Source of the DNA: an uncultured archaeon
GTDB taxonomy: Archaea > Iainarchaeota > Iainarchaeia > Iainarchaeales > Iainarchaeaceae
Length of the DNA: 32,000 bases
Reading direction: 5' to 3'
Assembly: GCA_964577555.1 (NCBI GenBank)
Contig: CAZNZM010000006.1
Location: 32,979 to 64,978, forward strand
Shown here: positions 9,312 through 18,588 of the stretch, piece by piece
Layout: every line of letters begins with the position of its first letter
Position numbering within the stretch: the first letter of the stretch is position 1
Translations under genes and position numbers: made by a program
Notes under the pieces: model-generated
What the model was told of the DNA's origin: nothing
The model's database searches: none
Seen by the model: the letters and a program-made list of their open reading frames with translations, nothing else

Positions 9312-10293
9312 AATTCTTGTTACTGGTGGAGCTGGTTTCATAGGCTCTAATCTTGCAAAAAAGCTTTTAGAATTGAAAAACGAAGTGCATATATGCGACA
9401 ATTTTTCAAGGGCAAAAAAAGACGAATTTACAAGACAAATATTTGAACACCGTAATGCATCTCTCATAGAAGCCGATTTGTCAAATCCTGACAAATTTTC
9501 CAATTTTGAAAAATACGATTACGTTTATCATCTTGCAGCAATTAACGGCACAAAATATTTCTATGAAAAACCTGATGTTGTTTTAAAGACTAATTTATTG
9601 ATGTGCATAAATGTCCTGGATTGGTTCTCAAAAACAAAAAAAGGCAAAATTCTTTTCTCTTCGTCTTCCGAAACTTATGCAGGCACAATTTCAAGTTTTG
9701 GGGGAAAAATACCGACTCCAGAAAACATTGAGCTTTGCATAAACGACGTTTACAATCCAAGATGGTCCTATGGCGGAAGCAAGATTGCAGGAGAATTATT
9801 GTTCATAAATTATGCAAGAATCCATAAATTTCCAATGACAATCGTAAGATACCATAATATATATGGCCCAAGAATGGGCTTTGAACATGTAATACCAAAC
9901 TTTGTTGAAAGGGCTTATAAAAAAGAAAATCCGTTCAAAGTTTTCGGGCTTAATAATACTAGGGCTTTTTGCTATATTTCTGATGCTGTTGAAGCAACTC
10001 GTCTTGCTATGGAATCAAAAAACACCGACATGCAAATAATAAATATAGGGAACAGTTTTGAAGAAATATTAATTGGAGAACTTGCAAAAAAAATCACGGC
10101 TCTTGCAAAATACAATCCGAAAATAATTGAGGTTAAATCGCCAGAGGGAAGCGTGGAAAGGCGTTGTCCAGATACTAAAAAAATGCAAAATCTTATTGGT
10201 TTTATCCCGAAAATAAAGTTGGATGAAGGGCTAGAAAAAACTTTCAAATGGTATTACGATTATTATGATAATTGCAAAGGTGAAGTCAAGTGA
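9304..10293 (+). CDS. NAD(P)-dependent SDR nucleotide-sugar epimerase/dehydratase
   Basis: ILVTGGAGFIGSNLAKKLLE; SSSSETYAG; YGGSK (YxxxK). TTG start overlaps the preceding stop. Confidence 0.88.
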   Translation: MSKILVTGGAGFIGSNLAKKLLELKNEVHICDNFSRAKKDEFTRQIFEHRNASLIEADLSNPDKFSNFEKYDYVYHLAAINGTKYFYEKPDVVLKTNLLMCINVLDWFSKTKKGKILFSSSSETYAGTISSFGGKIPTPENIELCINDVYNPRWSYGGSKIAGELLFINYARIHKFPMTIVRYHNIYGPRMGFEHVIPNFVERAYKKENPFKVFGLNNTRAFCYISDAVEATRLAMESKNTDMQIINIGNSFEEILIGELAKKITALAKYNPKIIEVKSPEGSVERRCPDTKKMQNLIGFIPKIKLDEGLEKTFKWYYDYYDNCKGEVK

Positions 10294-11555
10294 ATATTAG
10301 CGATGAAGAAAAAAACTTTCTTAAAAAAATAATTTCCAAAAATCTGGCAAAAAAAACCAAATTTATTCCAGGAAAAAGCCAAGTAAAAGTTGGTTGGCCC
10401 ATTTTTGGCGAAGAAGAAATAATTTCGGTTTTTTCATCCATGCTGGAATTGCGCATATCCCAAGGTGAAAAAGTAAAAGAATTTGAATCAATGTATGCTT
10501 CAGAAATAGGAGTAAAAAACGCTATTGCCGTGAATTCAGGTTCTTCGGCAAACCTTCTCGCTATTGATGCTTTACTTCAAAAAGGCATGGTAGAAAAAGG
10601 CTCGGAAGTAATCGTTCCTGCAGCCACTTTTGCAACTGTTGCATCGCCAATTATACAGTTAGGGCTTGTCCCTGTTTTTGTTGATGTTGAATTGGATTCT
10701 TATAATATTTCGCCAGAAGAAATAGAATCTGCAATCAACAAAAAAACCTCAATGGTAATGGCGGTTCATTCACTTGGCAACCCTGCAAAAATGGATAAAA
10801 TAACAAAAATAGCGAAAAACAATTCCGTTATTCTTTTTGAAGATTGTTGCGAAAGCCACCATGCTTCAATTTCAGGCAAAATAGTTGGGAGTTTTGGAGA
10901 TATTTCAACATTAAGTTTTTTTGTAGCTCACAACATAACCACTGGAGAAGGCGGAATGATTTTTTCCAACGATTCCGAGTTAGCGGAAATTTGTAGGTCA
11001 ATCAGGGAATTTGGAAGAAGGCTCAACCAATCGCCAAGGTTTCAATATGTTAATGACAAGCTTGGCGAATATGATGTCAGATACATTTTTGACAGGCTTG
11101 GTTACAATTTTCGCATGACTGATATTGAAGCTTCAATAGGCATAGAACAATTAAAAAAACTCCCGAAATTCAACAAAGCTAGGATAGAAAACGCAAAATT
11201 CTTTTACAATTCGCTTAGCAACTTGGATTCTTTGCAATTGCCCACAATAGAAAAAAATTCTGTTCACACGTTTTATGGATTTCCAATAATGGTGAAAGAA
11301 AAAGCAAATTATTCACGCAGGCAACTTGTCGATTTTCTTGAAAAATCAAACATAGAAACCAGGCCATTTATGGGAGGAAACCTCGCAGTACAACCAGCTT
11401 TTGTTGGAAAGAAAATCAAAGTACATGGCGACTTGAAAAATTCCAAATTGATTTCCAAAAACATGTTTTTCATAGGATGCCACCCAGGAATAGGTGAAGA
11501 AGAAAGAGAATACATAACTGACAAAATAAAAGAATTTGACTCTAAAAACAAGTAA
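10290..11555 (+). CDS. DegT/DnrJ/EryC1-family PLP enzyme; the His-for-Lys substitution suggests a sugar 3-dehydrase (ColD/RfbH-like) rather than an aminotransferase
   Basis: SGSSANLLAIDALL, FEDCCESHHASISGKIVGSFGD and SFFVAHNITTGEGG motifs. The canonical Lys aligns with His214 (codon 10929-10931). GTG start overlaps the previous gene. Confidence 0.88.
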   Translation: MNISDEEKNFLKKIISKNLAKKTKFIPGKSQVKVGWPIFGEEEIISVFSSMLELRISQGEKVKEFESMYASEIGVKNAIAVNSGSSANLLAIDALLQKGMVEKGSEVIVPAATFATVASPIIQLGLVPVFVDVELDSYNISPEEIESAINKKTSMVMAVHSLGNPAKMDKITKIAKNNSVILFEDCCESHHASISGKIVGSFGDISTLSFFVAHNITTGEGGMIFSNDSELAEICRSIREFGRRLNQSPRFQYVNDKLGEYDVRYIFDRLGYNFRMTDIEASIGIEQLKKLPKFNKARIENAKFFYNSLSNLDSLQLPTIEKNSVHTFYGFPIMVKEKANYSRRQLVDFLEKSNIETRPFMGGNLAVQPAFVGKKIKVHGDLKNSKLISKNMFFIGCHPGIGEEEREYITDKIKEFDSKNK

Positions 11556-11560
11556 CTATT

Positions 11561-12529
11561 TTACTCGTGCTCCAACGCCCACTTTATTGTTTCTTTCAAT
11601 CCATAATCTATGTTTGTCTTTGCTTTGAAATTTATCAATCTTTCAGCTTTTTCAGTGTTGCACAATCTTTTCAAGCTTCCTGCGTTTGATTTTTCGTCAA
11701 ATTCAAAAACAGGGTTTTTCTCCATTATTTTGGCAATTTTTTTTGCAAGATCAATTATTTTAATGCTTTCCTTGGAACCCAAATTTATTGGATCCGGCTT
11801 CGGATAAAGTTCAGCAATTTTTGCAATGCCCTCAACAAGGTCTTTTACATAAATAAAACTTCTCTCTTGTTGTCCGTTTCCAAAAATCTTGACAGTTTTG
11901 TTTTCTTTTATCCTGTGTATCAAACTCGGTATTACGTGTGATTTTTTAGGATCAAAAACATCTCTTGGCCCATACACGTTGAAAGGCCTGGCAATGCCTA
12001 TTTTCAATCCAAATTCATCAGAATAAGCCTTTGATAAAAGCTCATCAAACCTTTTGCTCCAAGCATAGCCAAACTTGGCTTTGTCAGGTTCGCCAGTGAA
12101 ACCCAAATTTTCAGTTAAAGGAAATTCATAATTGTCAGGATAAACACACGCTGAACTAACGATAACAGCTCTTTCAACATCACGTTTTCTTAAAGCCTCA
12201 AGAACATTTGAAGTTATTCTTGTATTAGTCATAAGCATGGTGGCAGGATGTTCAAGATTGTATTGTACTCCGCCAACTATTGCAGCAAGATGAAACACAA
12301 CATCAGAATTATTCACAGCATTAATTGCTGATTTTTCATCCAAAAGATCCGCTTCAACCAACTCTATCTTTCCTTCAGACAAAATATTTTTATCCAAATT
12401 GATTTTTTTTGTATTCTTGGCAGTTACTTTGACTTTTGCGCCTTTATTCAAAATATGTTCTGCCAAATGGCTTCCTATAAAACCAGCTCCCCCTGTAATA
12501 AGCACTTTTTTGTTTTTCCAGAACTCCAT
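11561..12529 (-). CDS. SDR nucleotide-sugar epimerase, similar to the GDP-mannose 3,5-epimerase / GDP-fucose synthase group
   Basis: VLITGGAGFIGSHLAEHIL; VVFHLAAIVGGVQYN; VSSACVYPDNYEFPLTE; YAWSK. Confidence 0.85.
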   Translation of the reverse strand: MEFWKNKKVLITGGAGFIGSHLAEHILNKGAKVKVTAKNTKKINLDKNILSEGKIELVEADLLDEKSAINAVNNSDVVFHLAAIVGGVQYNLEHPATMLMTNTRITSNVLEALRKRDVERAVIVSSACVYPDNYEFPLTENLGFTGEPDKAKFGYAWSKRFDELLSKAYSDEFGLKIGIARPFNVYGPRDVFDPKKSHVIPSLIHRIKENKTVKIFGNGQQERSFIYVKDLVEGIAKIAELYPKPDPINLGSKESIKIIDLAKKIAKIMEKNPVFEFDEKSNAGSLKRLCNTEKAERLINFKAKTNIDYGLKETIKWALEHE

Positions 12530-12602
12530 GTTAGCAATATTATCTGGCCAAAAATAAAAACATTAGCATATTGCAAAATTCTGTTGCTTTTTAATAATAA
12601 GC

Positions 12603-12610
12603 TTATAAAT
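12603..12610 (+). promoter_or_regulatory. Candidate archaeal TATA box for the 12634 gene (leaderless arrangement)
   Basis: TTATAAAT with its centre about 27 nt upstream of the ATG at 12634. Confidence 0.5.
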
Positions 12611-12633
12611 TGGATAAGAATTATTTGTTTTTA

Positions 12634-13782
12634 ATGGAGCCTTTAGTCACTTTAGTTGGAACCATGCCGCCAATAAAAGGCATAAGCGATTATTGCATAG
12701 AACAAATAAAATCTCTTTCAAATTTTGTTTCCCTTGAATTTTACGGTTTCAAAAGTATTTATCCAGAATATTTTTATCCAGGCGGCAAAACCAAAGAATA
12801 TGACAAAACCTTTTCATTGGAAAAACCGAAAAATGTTGAAATAAAAAATTTTTTAGCATGGTACAACCCTATTTCATGGATTTTTGTTGGTTTAACATCA
12901 AAAGGCAAAATATTGCATTTTCATTGGTGGACTTTTTGGTTGTTTCCAGTTTTCTTTACAATATCAGCAATTTCCAAGTTGAGGGGCAAAAAAATCGTAT
13001 GCACAGTCCACAATGTTGTGGGACACGAATCAGGATTGATTGACAAATTATTTTCAATGATAATTTATTTAATTCCAGACAAAATAATAGTTCACACCAA
13101 AGCCAATCAAAAACAACTTGAAAACACTTTCCATGTTGGCAATAAAAAAATCAATGTTATCCCCCATGGCATATACGAGTTTTATCGTGATGCCGAAATG
13201 ACAAAATCAAAGGCAAGAAAAATGCTTGGCATTCCAAAAAAATCTAAAGTAATTTTGATGTTCGGCAACCTCAGGCCTTATAAAGGAATTGATGACCTTA
13301 TTTTAGCTTTTAAAAAGGCAAGAAAAATTGTCCCAAATATTTTTTTAGTTATTGCAGGAAAACCGTGGACAAAGCAAATAAACGATTATATTATTCAAGA
13401 ACTTAGCGATTGCTCTTCCTGTCTTCTAAAGTTGGACTATGTCCCATCTTCGGAAATAAAAAAATATTTTTTTGCATCAGACGTAGTTGTTCTTCCTTAC
13501 AAGGATTTTGCCGCACAAAGCGGACCAGGAAACATAGCTTTAGCCTTTCAAAAACCCATTATAGTTTCTGATACCGGCGGACTTGTAGAACTCGTGCTCG
13601 ACAAAAGAGCAGTTTTTTCCAGTGGAAATTCCAATGACTTGGCTAATAAAATTTCAAGCATTATTTCAGACGAAAAACTCCTTAAAAAACTAGAAAAAGA
13701 CTCTGCATTGCTAAGTGAAAAATATTCTTGGACATCAATTGCAAAGCTTACCTTGAAGGTTTATAATGAATTGGTTGAATAA
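12634..13782 (+). CDS. GT-B family 4 glycosyltransferase
   Basis: MEPLVTLVGTMPPIKGISDYC...; MFGNLRPYKGIDDLILAFKKA; ILPYKD-like 'VLPYKDFAAQSGPGNIALAFQKPIIVSDTGG'. The ORF-track start at 12610 is a TTG inside the likely TATA region. Confidence 0.88.
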   Translation: MEPLVTLVGTMPPIKGISDYCIEQIKSLSNFVSLEFYGFKSIYPEYFYPGGKTKEYDKTFSLEKPKNVEIKNFLAWYNPISWIFVGLTSKGKILHFHWWTFWLFPVFFTISAISKLRGKKIVCTVHNVVGHESGLIDKLFSMIIYLIPDKIIVHTKANQKQLENTFHVGNKKINVIPHGIYEFYRDAEMTKSKARKMLGIPKKSKVILMFGNLRPYKGIDDLILAFKKARKIVPNIFLVIAGKPWTKQINDYIIQELSDCSSCLLKLDYVPSSEIKKYFFASDVVVLPYKDFAAQSGPGNIALAFQKPIIVSDTGGLVELVLDKRAVFSSGNSNDLANKISSIISDEKLLKKLEKDSALLSEKYSWTSIAKLTLKVYNELVE

Positions 13783-13790
13783 ATTTTTTT

Positions 13791-14819
13791 ATGGGTTTTT
13801 TAATTCATTCTAGGGCGCCTGTACGAATCAGTTTTGCAGGCGGCGGAACCGATGTATCGCCATATCCTGAAGAAAGAGGCGGTTGCGTACTAAGTGCAAC
13901 CATAAACAAGTATTCATTTACTTCGCTTCGCTTCACAAATTCAAAAAAAATAAGCCTTGCTGAAACCAATAATAATTCCCTGATGCTTGAATCAATAGAA
14001 GATGCAGTCCTTGACGGAAATTTTGACCTTGCAAAAACAGTCATAATGGAAATGAATCCAAAAACAGGTTTGGAATTGTTTTTCAGAAACGATGTTCCGC
14101 CTCGCAGCGGCCTTGGATCTTCGGCAGCAGCTTTCGTTTCTATAATAGGCGCATTCAACCTTGCTTTCGGCAAAAAACTTTCAAAACACGAAATAGCCCA
14201 ACTAGCTTTTGAAATAGAAAGAAACAGGCTTGGCGTGAAAGGCGGCAAACAAGATCAATTTGCGTCATCATATGGCGGCCTCAACTTTATCGAATTTATA
14301 GGAAAAAATGTTAAGGTTTCAAGCATGAATATTTCAAAATCAACATTATTAGAGCTTGAAAAAAATCTTTTGCTGGTTTTTGTTGGCGAAAGAAAAATGA
14401 ACGGAACCGACATAATATCTGACCAAGTGAATTCTTTTGTTTCAGGAAATAAACAAGTTTCGGATGCTTTGGATTCTGCAAAAAGCATTGCCATTGATAT
14501 GAAAAACGCCCTCAAAAAAGGCGATTTAGAACAATTTGGAAAACTATTGGACAAAGGCTGGGTTGAAAAGAAAAAATACAGCAAAAACATTTCAAATCCA
14601 TTTATTGACAAAATATACTCAACTGCAATCAGCGCAGGTGCAATAGGCGGCAAGTTGACAGGCGCAGGCGGAGGCGGTTATATGGTGTTTTATTGTTATC
14701 CGGACAAAGAAATTAATGTTAAAGACAAGCTTGTTGAAATAGGCGTTAATCCAATTAATTTTTCATTTGACTTTGAAGGAGTACAAGCTTGGAAGATAAA
14801 GGTAGATAAAAATGATTAA
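13791..14819 (+). CDS. hddA: GHMP-family sugar kinase, D-glycero-alpha-D-manno-heptose 7-phosphate kinase-like
   Basis: SRAPVRISFAGGGTDVSPYPEERGGCVLSATINKY; PPRSGLGSSAAAFV; GGKLTGAGGGGYMVFY. Confidence 0.82.
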   Translation: MGFLIHSRAPVRISFAGGGTDVSPYPEERGGCVLSATINKYSFTSLRFTNSKKISLAETNNNSLMLESIEDAVLDGNFDLAKTVIMEMNPKTGLELFFRNDVPPRSGLGSSAAAFVSIIGAFNLAFGKKLSKHEIAQLAFEIERNRLGVKGGKQDQFASSYGGLNFIEFIGKNVKVSSMNISKSTLLELEKNLLLVFVGERKMNGTDIISDQVNSFVSGNKQVSDALDSAKSIAIDMKNALKKGDLEQFGKLLDKGWVEKKKYSKNISNPFIDKIYSTAISAGAIGGKLTGAGGGGYMVFYCYPDKEINVKDKLVEIGVNPINFSFDFEGVQAWKIKVDKND

Positions 14820-15399
14820 TTCTGACAAAGCCATGAAAATAATAGAAAACAATTTTTCCGAACACCAAAAAGTATTGGCCGATTCACTTAATTTATCGCC
14901 AATAATAGTTAAAACAGCCCAAAAAATATTGGATTGCATTAAAAATGGAGGAAAAATTTTGATTTGCGGCAACGGAGGAAGCGCTGCAGACTCTAACCAT
15001 CTTGCCGCAGAATTCATTAACAAGTATTTGATAAACAGGTTGCCTCTTCCAGCAATTTCGCTTACATCAAATCAATCAAACCTGACCTCAATAGGAAACG
15101 ACTATTCTTTTGACTTGGTTTTCAGCAAACAGGTTGATGCACTTGGAAAATCAGGAGACATACTTATCGCGATCAGCACTTCTGGTTTGTCAAAAAATAT
15201 TTTAGAAGCAATAAAATCAGCAAAGAAAAAATCAATGTTCTCTATTATTTTCACAGGAAATAAAACAACAGAAGCTTCAAAAATAAGCGATTTGGCAATA
15301 CATGTGCCTTCCCAATCCACGCCAAGAATACAGGAAATTCATCTTTTGATTTACCATTGCATTTGTGAAATAGTTGAGAGGGAATTGTTTGAAAAATAA
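14812..15399 (+). CDS. gmhA: SIS-domain phosphoheptose isomerase
   Basis: GGKILICGNGGSAADSNHLAAEF; SLTSNQSNLTSIGNDYSFDLVFSKQV; LIAISTSGLSKNI; 'IHLLIYHCICEIVER'. Confidence 0.83.
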   Translation: MINSDKAMKIIENNFSEHQKVLADSLNLSPIIVKTAQKILDCIKNGGKILICGNGGSAADSNHLAAEFINKYLINRLPLPAISLTSNQSNLTSIGNDYSFDLVFSKQVDALGKSGDILIAISTSGLSKNILEAIKSAKKKSMFSIIFTGNKTTEASKISDLAIHVPSQSTPRIQEIHLLIYHCICEIVERELFEK

Positions 15400-15943
15400 A
15401 GCCATATTTTTGGACAGAGATGGAGTAATAATCAAGGATGCAGGGCATTTGAACAAAAAATCTCAAGTGAGGCTTATAAGAGGAGTTTCCAAAGCCATAA
15501 AGTTGCTCAACAAACATTATCTTGTAATAGTAATTTCAAACCAATCGGTTGTAGCAAGAGGCATGGCAACAATCAGCGAAGTTCAAGAAATAAACCAATA
15601 CATTTTGGGTTTATTATCCAAAAAAGGTGCAAAAATAGATGCTGTTTATTTTTGCCCGCATCACCCTGATTTTACAGGCAAGTGCAATTGCCGAAAGCCG
15701 GAAACAGGTTTATTCAAGCAAGCTGAAAAAGATTTCAAAATATCAATGGATGGTAGTTATATGATTGGCGACAAGCTAATAGACATAGAGGCTGGAAAAA
15801 AAGCAGGTTGTAAAACAATTTTAGTTAATAATACACTTGGCAACACTGAAAACACTGAAAATAATATTAATATTCTTCAAAAACCGGATTTTGAATGCGC
15901 CAATCTTCTAGATGCTGTCAAAATAATATTGTCCAATAATTAG
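15389..15943 (+). CDS. gmhB: HAD-family D,D-heptose 1,7-bisphosphate phosphatase
   Basis: AIFLDRDGVI; VISNQSVVARG; Zn-binding-like CPHHPDFTGKCNCRKPETGLF; MIGDKLIDIEAGKKAGCKTILV. Likely TTG start at 15389, or 15374. Confidence 0.85.
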   Translation: MKNKAIFLDRDGVIIKDAGHLNKKSQVRLIRGVSKAIKLLNKHYLVIVISNQSVVARGMATISEVQEINQYILGLLSKKGAKIDAVYFCPHHPDFTGKCNCRKPETGLFKQAEKDFKISMDGSYMIGDKLIDIEAGKKAGCKTILVNNTLGNTENTENNINILQKPDFECANLLDAVKIILSNN

Positions 15944-16044
15944 GATTATTAAATTCCTACTCTCCAAAACCAAATTTTTGCATTATTAAGCGTACCAAAC
16001 CATTTATATGCCAAAAAATAATATTTTAATTATCGAGTGGTTTC

Positions 16045-17586
16045 ATGGATTTTTTCCAAAAACATGCTTTTGTACTAGGCATATTTATTTACATAATCAT
16101 ATTCATTGCCTTTTTTCCAAAAATTTATTCTTCAATAGATGAACACACTATTCTTAAAAATGCCATTCTAATCAAATCAGGCAAAATTGCAGAACCAACT
16201 CCTGAACTTGCTTGCAGATCAAGTTTATTATCAGACAAAGGATATTTAGGAGCACAATTCATCGGACGTTCGATTGCTATATTGCCATTTTCTTATTTTG
16301 ACTTGAATGCTGTCATGTTGTCAGGCTTGCTGATACACCTAATTAACGCTTTTATAATATATTTCATTCTTCGCAAGCTTTCAATTAATCCGAATTTTGC
16401 TTTGCTCTATCTTTTCTTTCCGGTAATGCTTTGGGAAAGCAGAACTCTTTATAGCGAGATTTTTGTTTTAACGTTTTTCTTGGCAGGCTTCTACTTTTAT
16501 ATTAATAATGAAAAATTTTCAAAAAATTCAACAAAATTTGAAAATAACGAAACTTTTGCCAAAAATTTACTCAAAAAAATAAACAAGCTTTCTGATTTCA
16601 TTGCAGGCGCTTTTTTTGGCTTGGCAATATTTGTGAGATATGACGCTTTAATAGGGATTATTGCATTTTCCATTCCGCTTTTAATTTATGAAAAACAGCG
16701 TTTTATAAAAATTTTTTCCGGCTTTATTCCTATATTCTCTATTTTTCTTTTATTCAATTACTTTGTATATGGCAACATATTAGGAACTGGTTACGGATCC
16801 GGCATAGCCATTGCAACTTCAATTATCCAAAAATTTTCAATTAATTGGCTCATAAATTTTTTTATTTACTCCGCAATACTGCTAATAATTTTTCCAGGCA
16901 TGTTATTGTCACCATATTTTATGAAAGACAAAAAGTTTTTGCTGCAATTTATTTTATTGTCTTTGGGTTATCTTGCAATGAACAGCCGTTTTACAGACTT
17001 TTTATCCTTTGACTTCTCAATTCAAACGCTTTTCACTGGCAGGCTAAGATACCTTGTTCCATTAATAGGAATGCTATTAATACCTTATTCTGGAATGATT
17101 GACGCTCTCATTAACAAATTCAAAATAAACAAAAACAATGCAATTGGTGTTGCAATTTTATTAATGTCCGCAGGCGCAATTTTTGCTTCAGCCCAGCACA
17201 ACAATTTTATTGATTCAAGATATTTTATCTATGAACAAATAAATTCGTTAATTCCATCAGATTCTTTAATTGTAGGCAGTTCCGACGACTGCATTTATTC
17301 AATTTCAAAAAACCTTGAAAGAAGAAAATACTTGAACGTTATTCCAAAACTTGACCTTGGCTTTAATTCACCAGTTTCCCTTGATTCTTATATCAACTCT
17401 TCAACCTATTTTTTGGATATTAATTACAATAATTTGAAATTTAAAACAGGGTTGCGCCAAAGAGTGATAGTTGCGGAAAGAAAGGCAATGTCAGATTTTA
17501 TAAATTCCAACAAAGAAAAGTTAGAACTTGTTTTTGAAACTTCTCAACCAAACGATTTCAAAATTTACAAATGGAAAGGCGATTGA
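16045..17586 (+). CDS. Multi-TM GT-C-like glycosyltransferase/mannosyltransferase family protein
   Basis: Long TM-rich ORF with an early extracytoplasmic 'IYSSIDEHTILKNAILI' acidic motif and a downstream 'TRTLYSEIF'-like segment (SRTLYSEIFVLTFFLAG). Confidence 0.75.
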   Translation: MDFFQKHAFVLGIFIYIIIFIAFFPKIYSSIDEHTILKNAILIKSGKIAEPTPELACRSSLLSDKGYLGAQFIGRSIAILPFSYFDLNAVMLSGLLIHLINAFIIYFILRKLSINPNFALLYLFFPVMLWESRTLYSEIFVLTFFLAGFYFYINNEKFSKNSTKFENNETFAKNLLKKINKLSDFIAGAFFGLAIFVRYDALIGIIAFSIPLLIYEKQRFIKIFSGFIPIFSIFLLFNYFVYGNILGTGYGSGIAIATSIIQKFSINWLINFFIYSAILLIIFPGMLLSPYFMKDKKFLLQFILLSLGYLAMNSRFTDFLSFDFSIQTLFTGRLRYLVPLIGMLLIPYSGMIDALINKFKINKNNAIGVAILLMSAGAIFASAQHNNFIDSRYFIYEQINSLIPSDSLIVGSSDDCIYSISKNLERRKYLNVIPKLDLGFNSPVSLDSYINSSTYFLDINYNNLKFKTGLRQRVIVAERKAMSDFINSNKEKLELVFETSQPNDFKIYKWKGD

Positions 17587-18588
17587 ATGAAACCAATTGT
17601 GTCAGTTGTAATAGTAAGCAGGGAAAAAATCGATTCCCTTTTCAAGACTATTGAGGGCCTTGCAAACCAATCTTTGCCGAAATCAAAATTTGAAGTCATA
17701 ATAGTTGACGACGGCTCGGAAAAACAAGACCTCTCATTGCTTGCAAAAAAATTCAAAAACAGGTTTTCCTCAATCAGAGTAATAAGGCAAGATAAATGCG
17801 GCCTTGCAGCTGGCAGAAACCTTGGAGTAAAAGAAGCCAAATCAAAAATAATCGCTTTTACCGACAATGATTGCCTTCCGGAAAAAAACTGGCTTGCAAA
17901 TCTTCTTTCCAAATTCAATGACCCACAAGTTGCAGGTGTTGAGGGAAAAATAATTACAGATTATCCGAAAAGATTATTCACAAGCGCTCCGGAAAACATT
18001 GGAGGAGGATTGTTCACCGGAGCAAACACCGCTTATAAAAAAGAAATAATCCAAAAAGCTGGTTATTACGACGAAAAAATGGCTTTTTGGCGCGAAGATT
18101 CTGAATTTGCATTCAGGGCAATGAAGTTCGGAAAAATAGTTTTTGCAAGCGATGCAATAGTTTATCACCCGCTCAGAAAAGATTCCATGTCAAATTCTTT
18201 TCGTTATTTGTTCTTTTTGAGAAACGACTTTTTTTGTATTTTAAGACACCCTAAACAATCATTTTTCATTTTAGCCAATCTTGCAAAAGAATTTTTTAAA
18301 TCATTACTGGCAATTTTGTTTTTTGCAACATCCCTTTACATTTATTTACTGTTTGGCTTTGCACAAGCAGTTGCGTTTTTTTTAATTGGTTTATTGGCAG
18401 GGTTTTCCATTTTTGTCTTTTTATTAACTGCTTCCAAAAAATATCAACTTCGATTTTCAGAAGTATTCAAACTAATATTGTTTTTTCTAATCTCTTTTAC
18501 AAAATATCTTGCGTTTCCCGTTTTTTTCTTTTTTGGATTTTTTGATGCAATTTCATTAATGTTTTTTGGAGGGAGATTTTACAAATGA
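17587..18588 (+). CDS. Family 2 glycosyltransferase with C-terminal TM helices
   Basis: VVIVSREKIDSLFKTIEGL; VIIVDDGSEKQD; AFTDNDCLPEKNWLANLL; REDSEFAFR. Confidence 0.9.
   Translation: MKPIVSVVIVSREKIDSLFKTIEGLANQSLPKSKFEVIIVDDGSEKQDLSLLAKKFKNRFSSIRVIRQDKCGLAAGRNLGVKEAKSKIIAFTDNDCLPEKNWLANLLSKFNDPQVAGVEGKIITDYPKRLFTSAPENIGGGLFTGANTAYKKEIIQKAGYYDEKMAFWREDSEFAFRAMKFGKIVFASDAIVYHPLRKDSMSNSFRYLFFLRNDFFCILRHPKQSFFILANLAKEFFKSLLAILFFATSLYIYLLFGFAQAVAFFLIGLLAGFSIFVFLLTASKKYQLRFSEVFKLILFFLISFTKYLAFPVFFFFGFFDAISLMFFGGRFYK

Noticed and set aside
13805-15517. Minus-strand ORFs of 72-147 aa
   Set aside because: Antisense shadows of hddA/gmhA/gmhB without family motifs.
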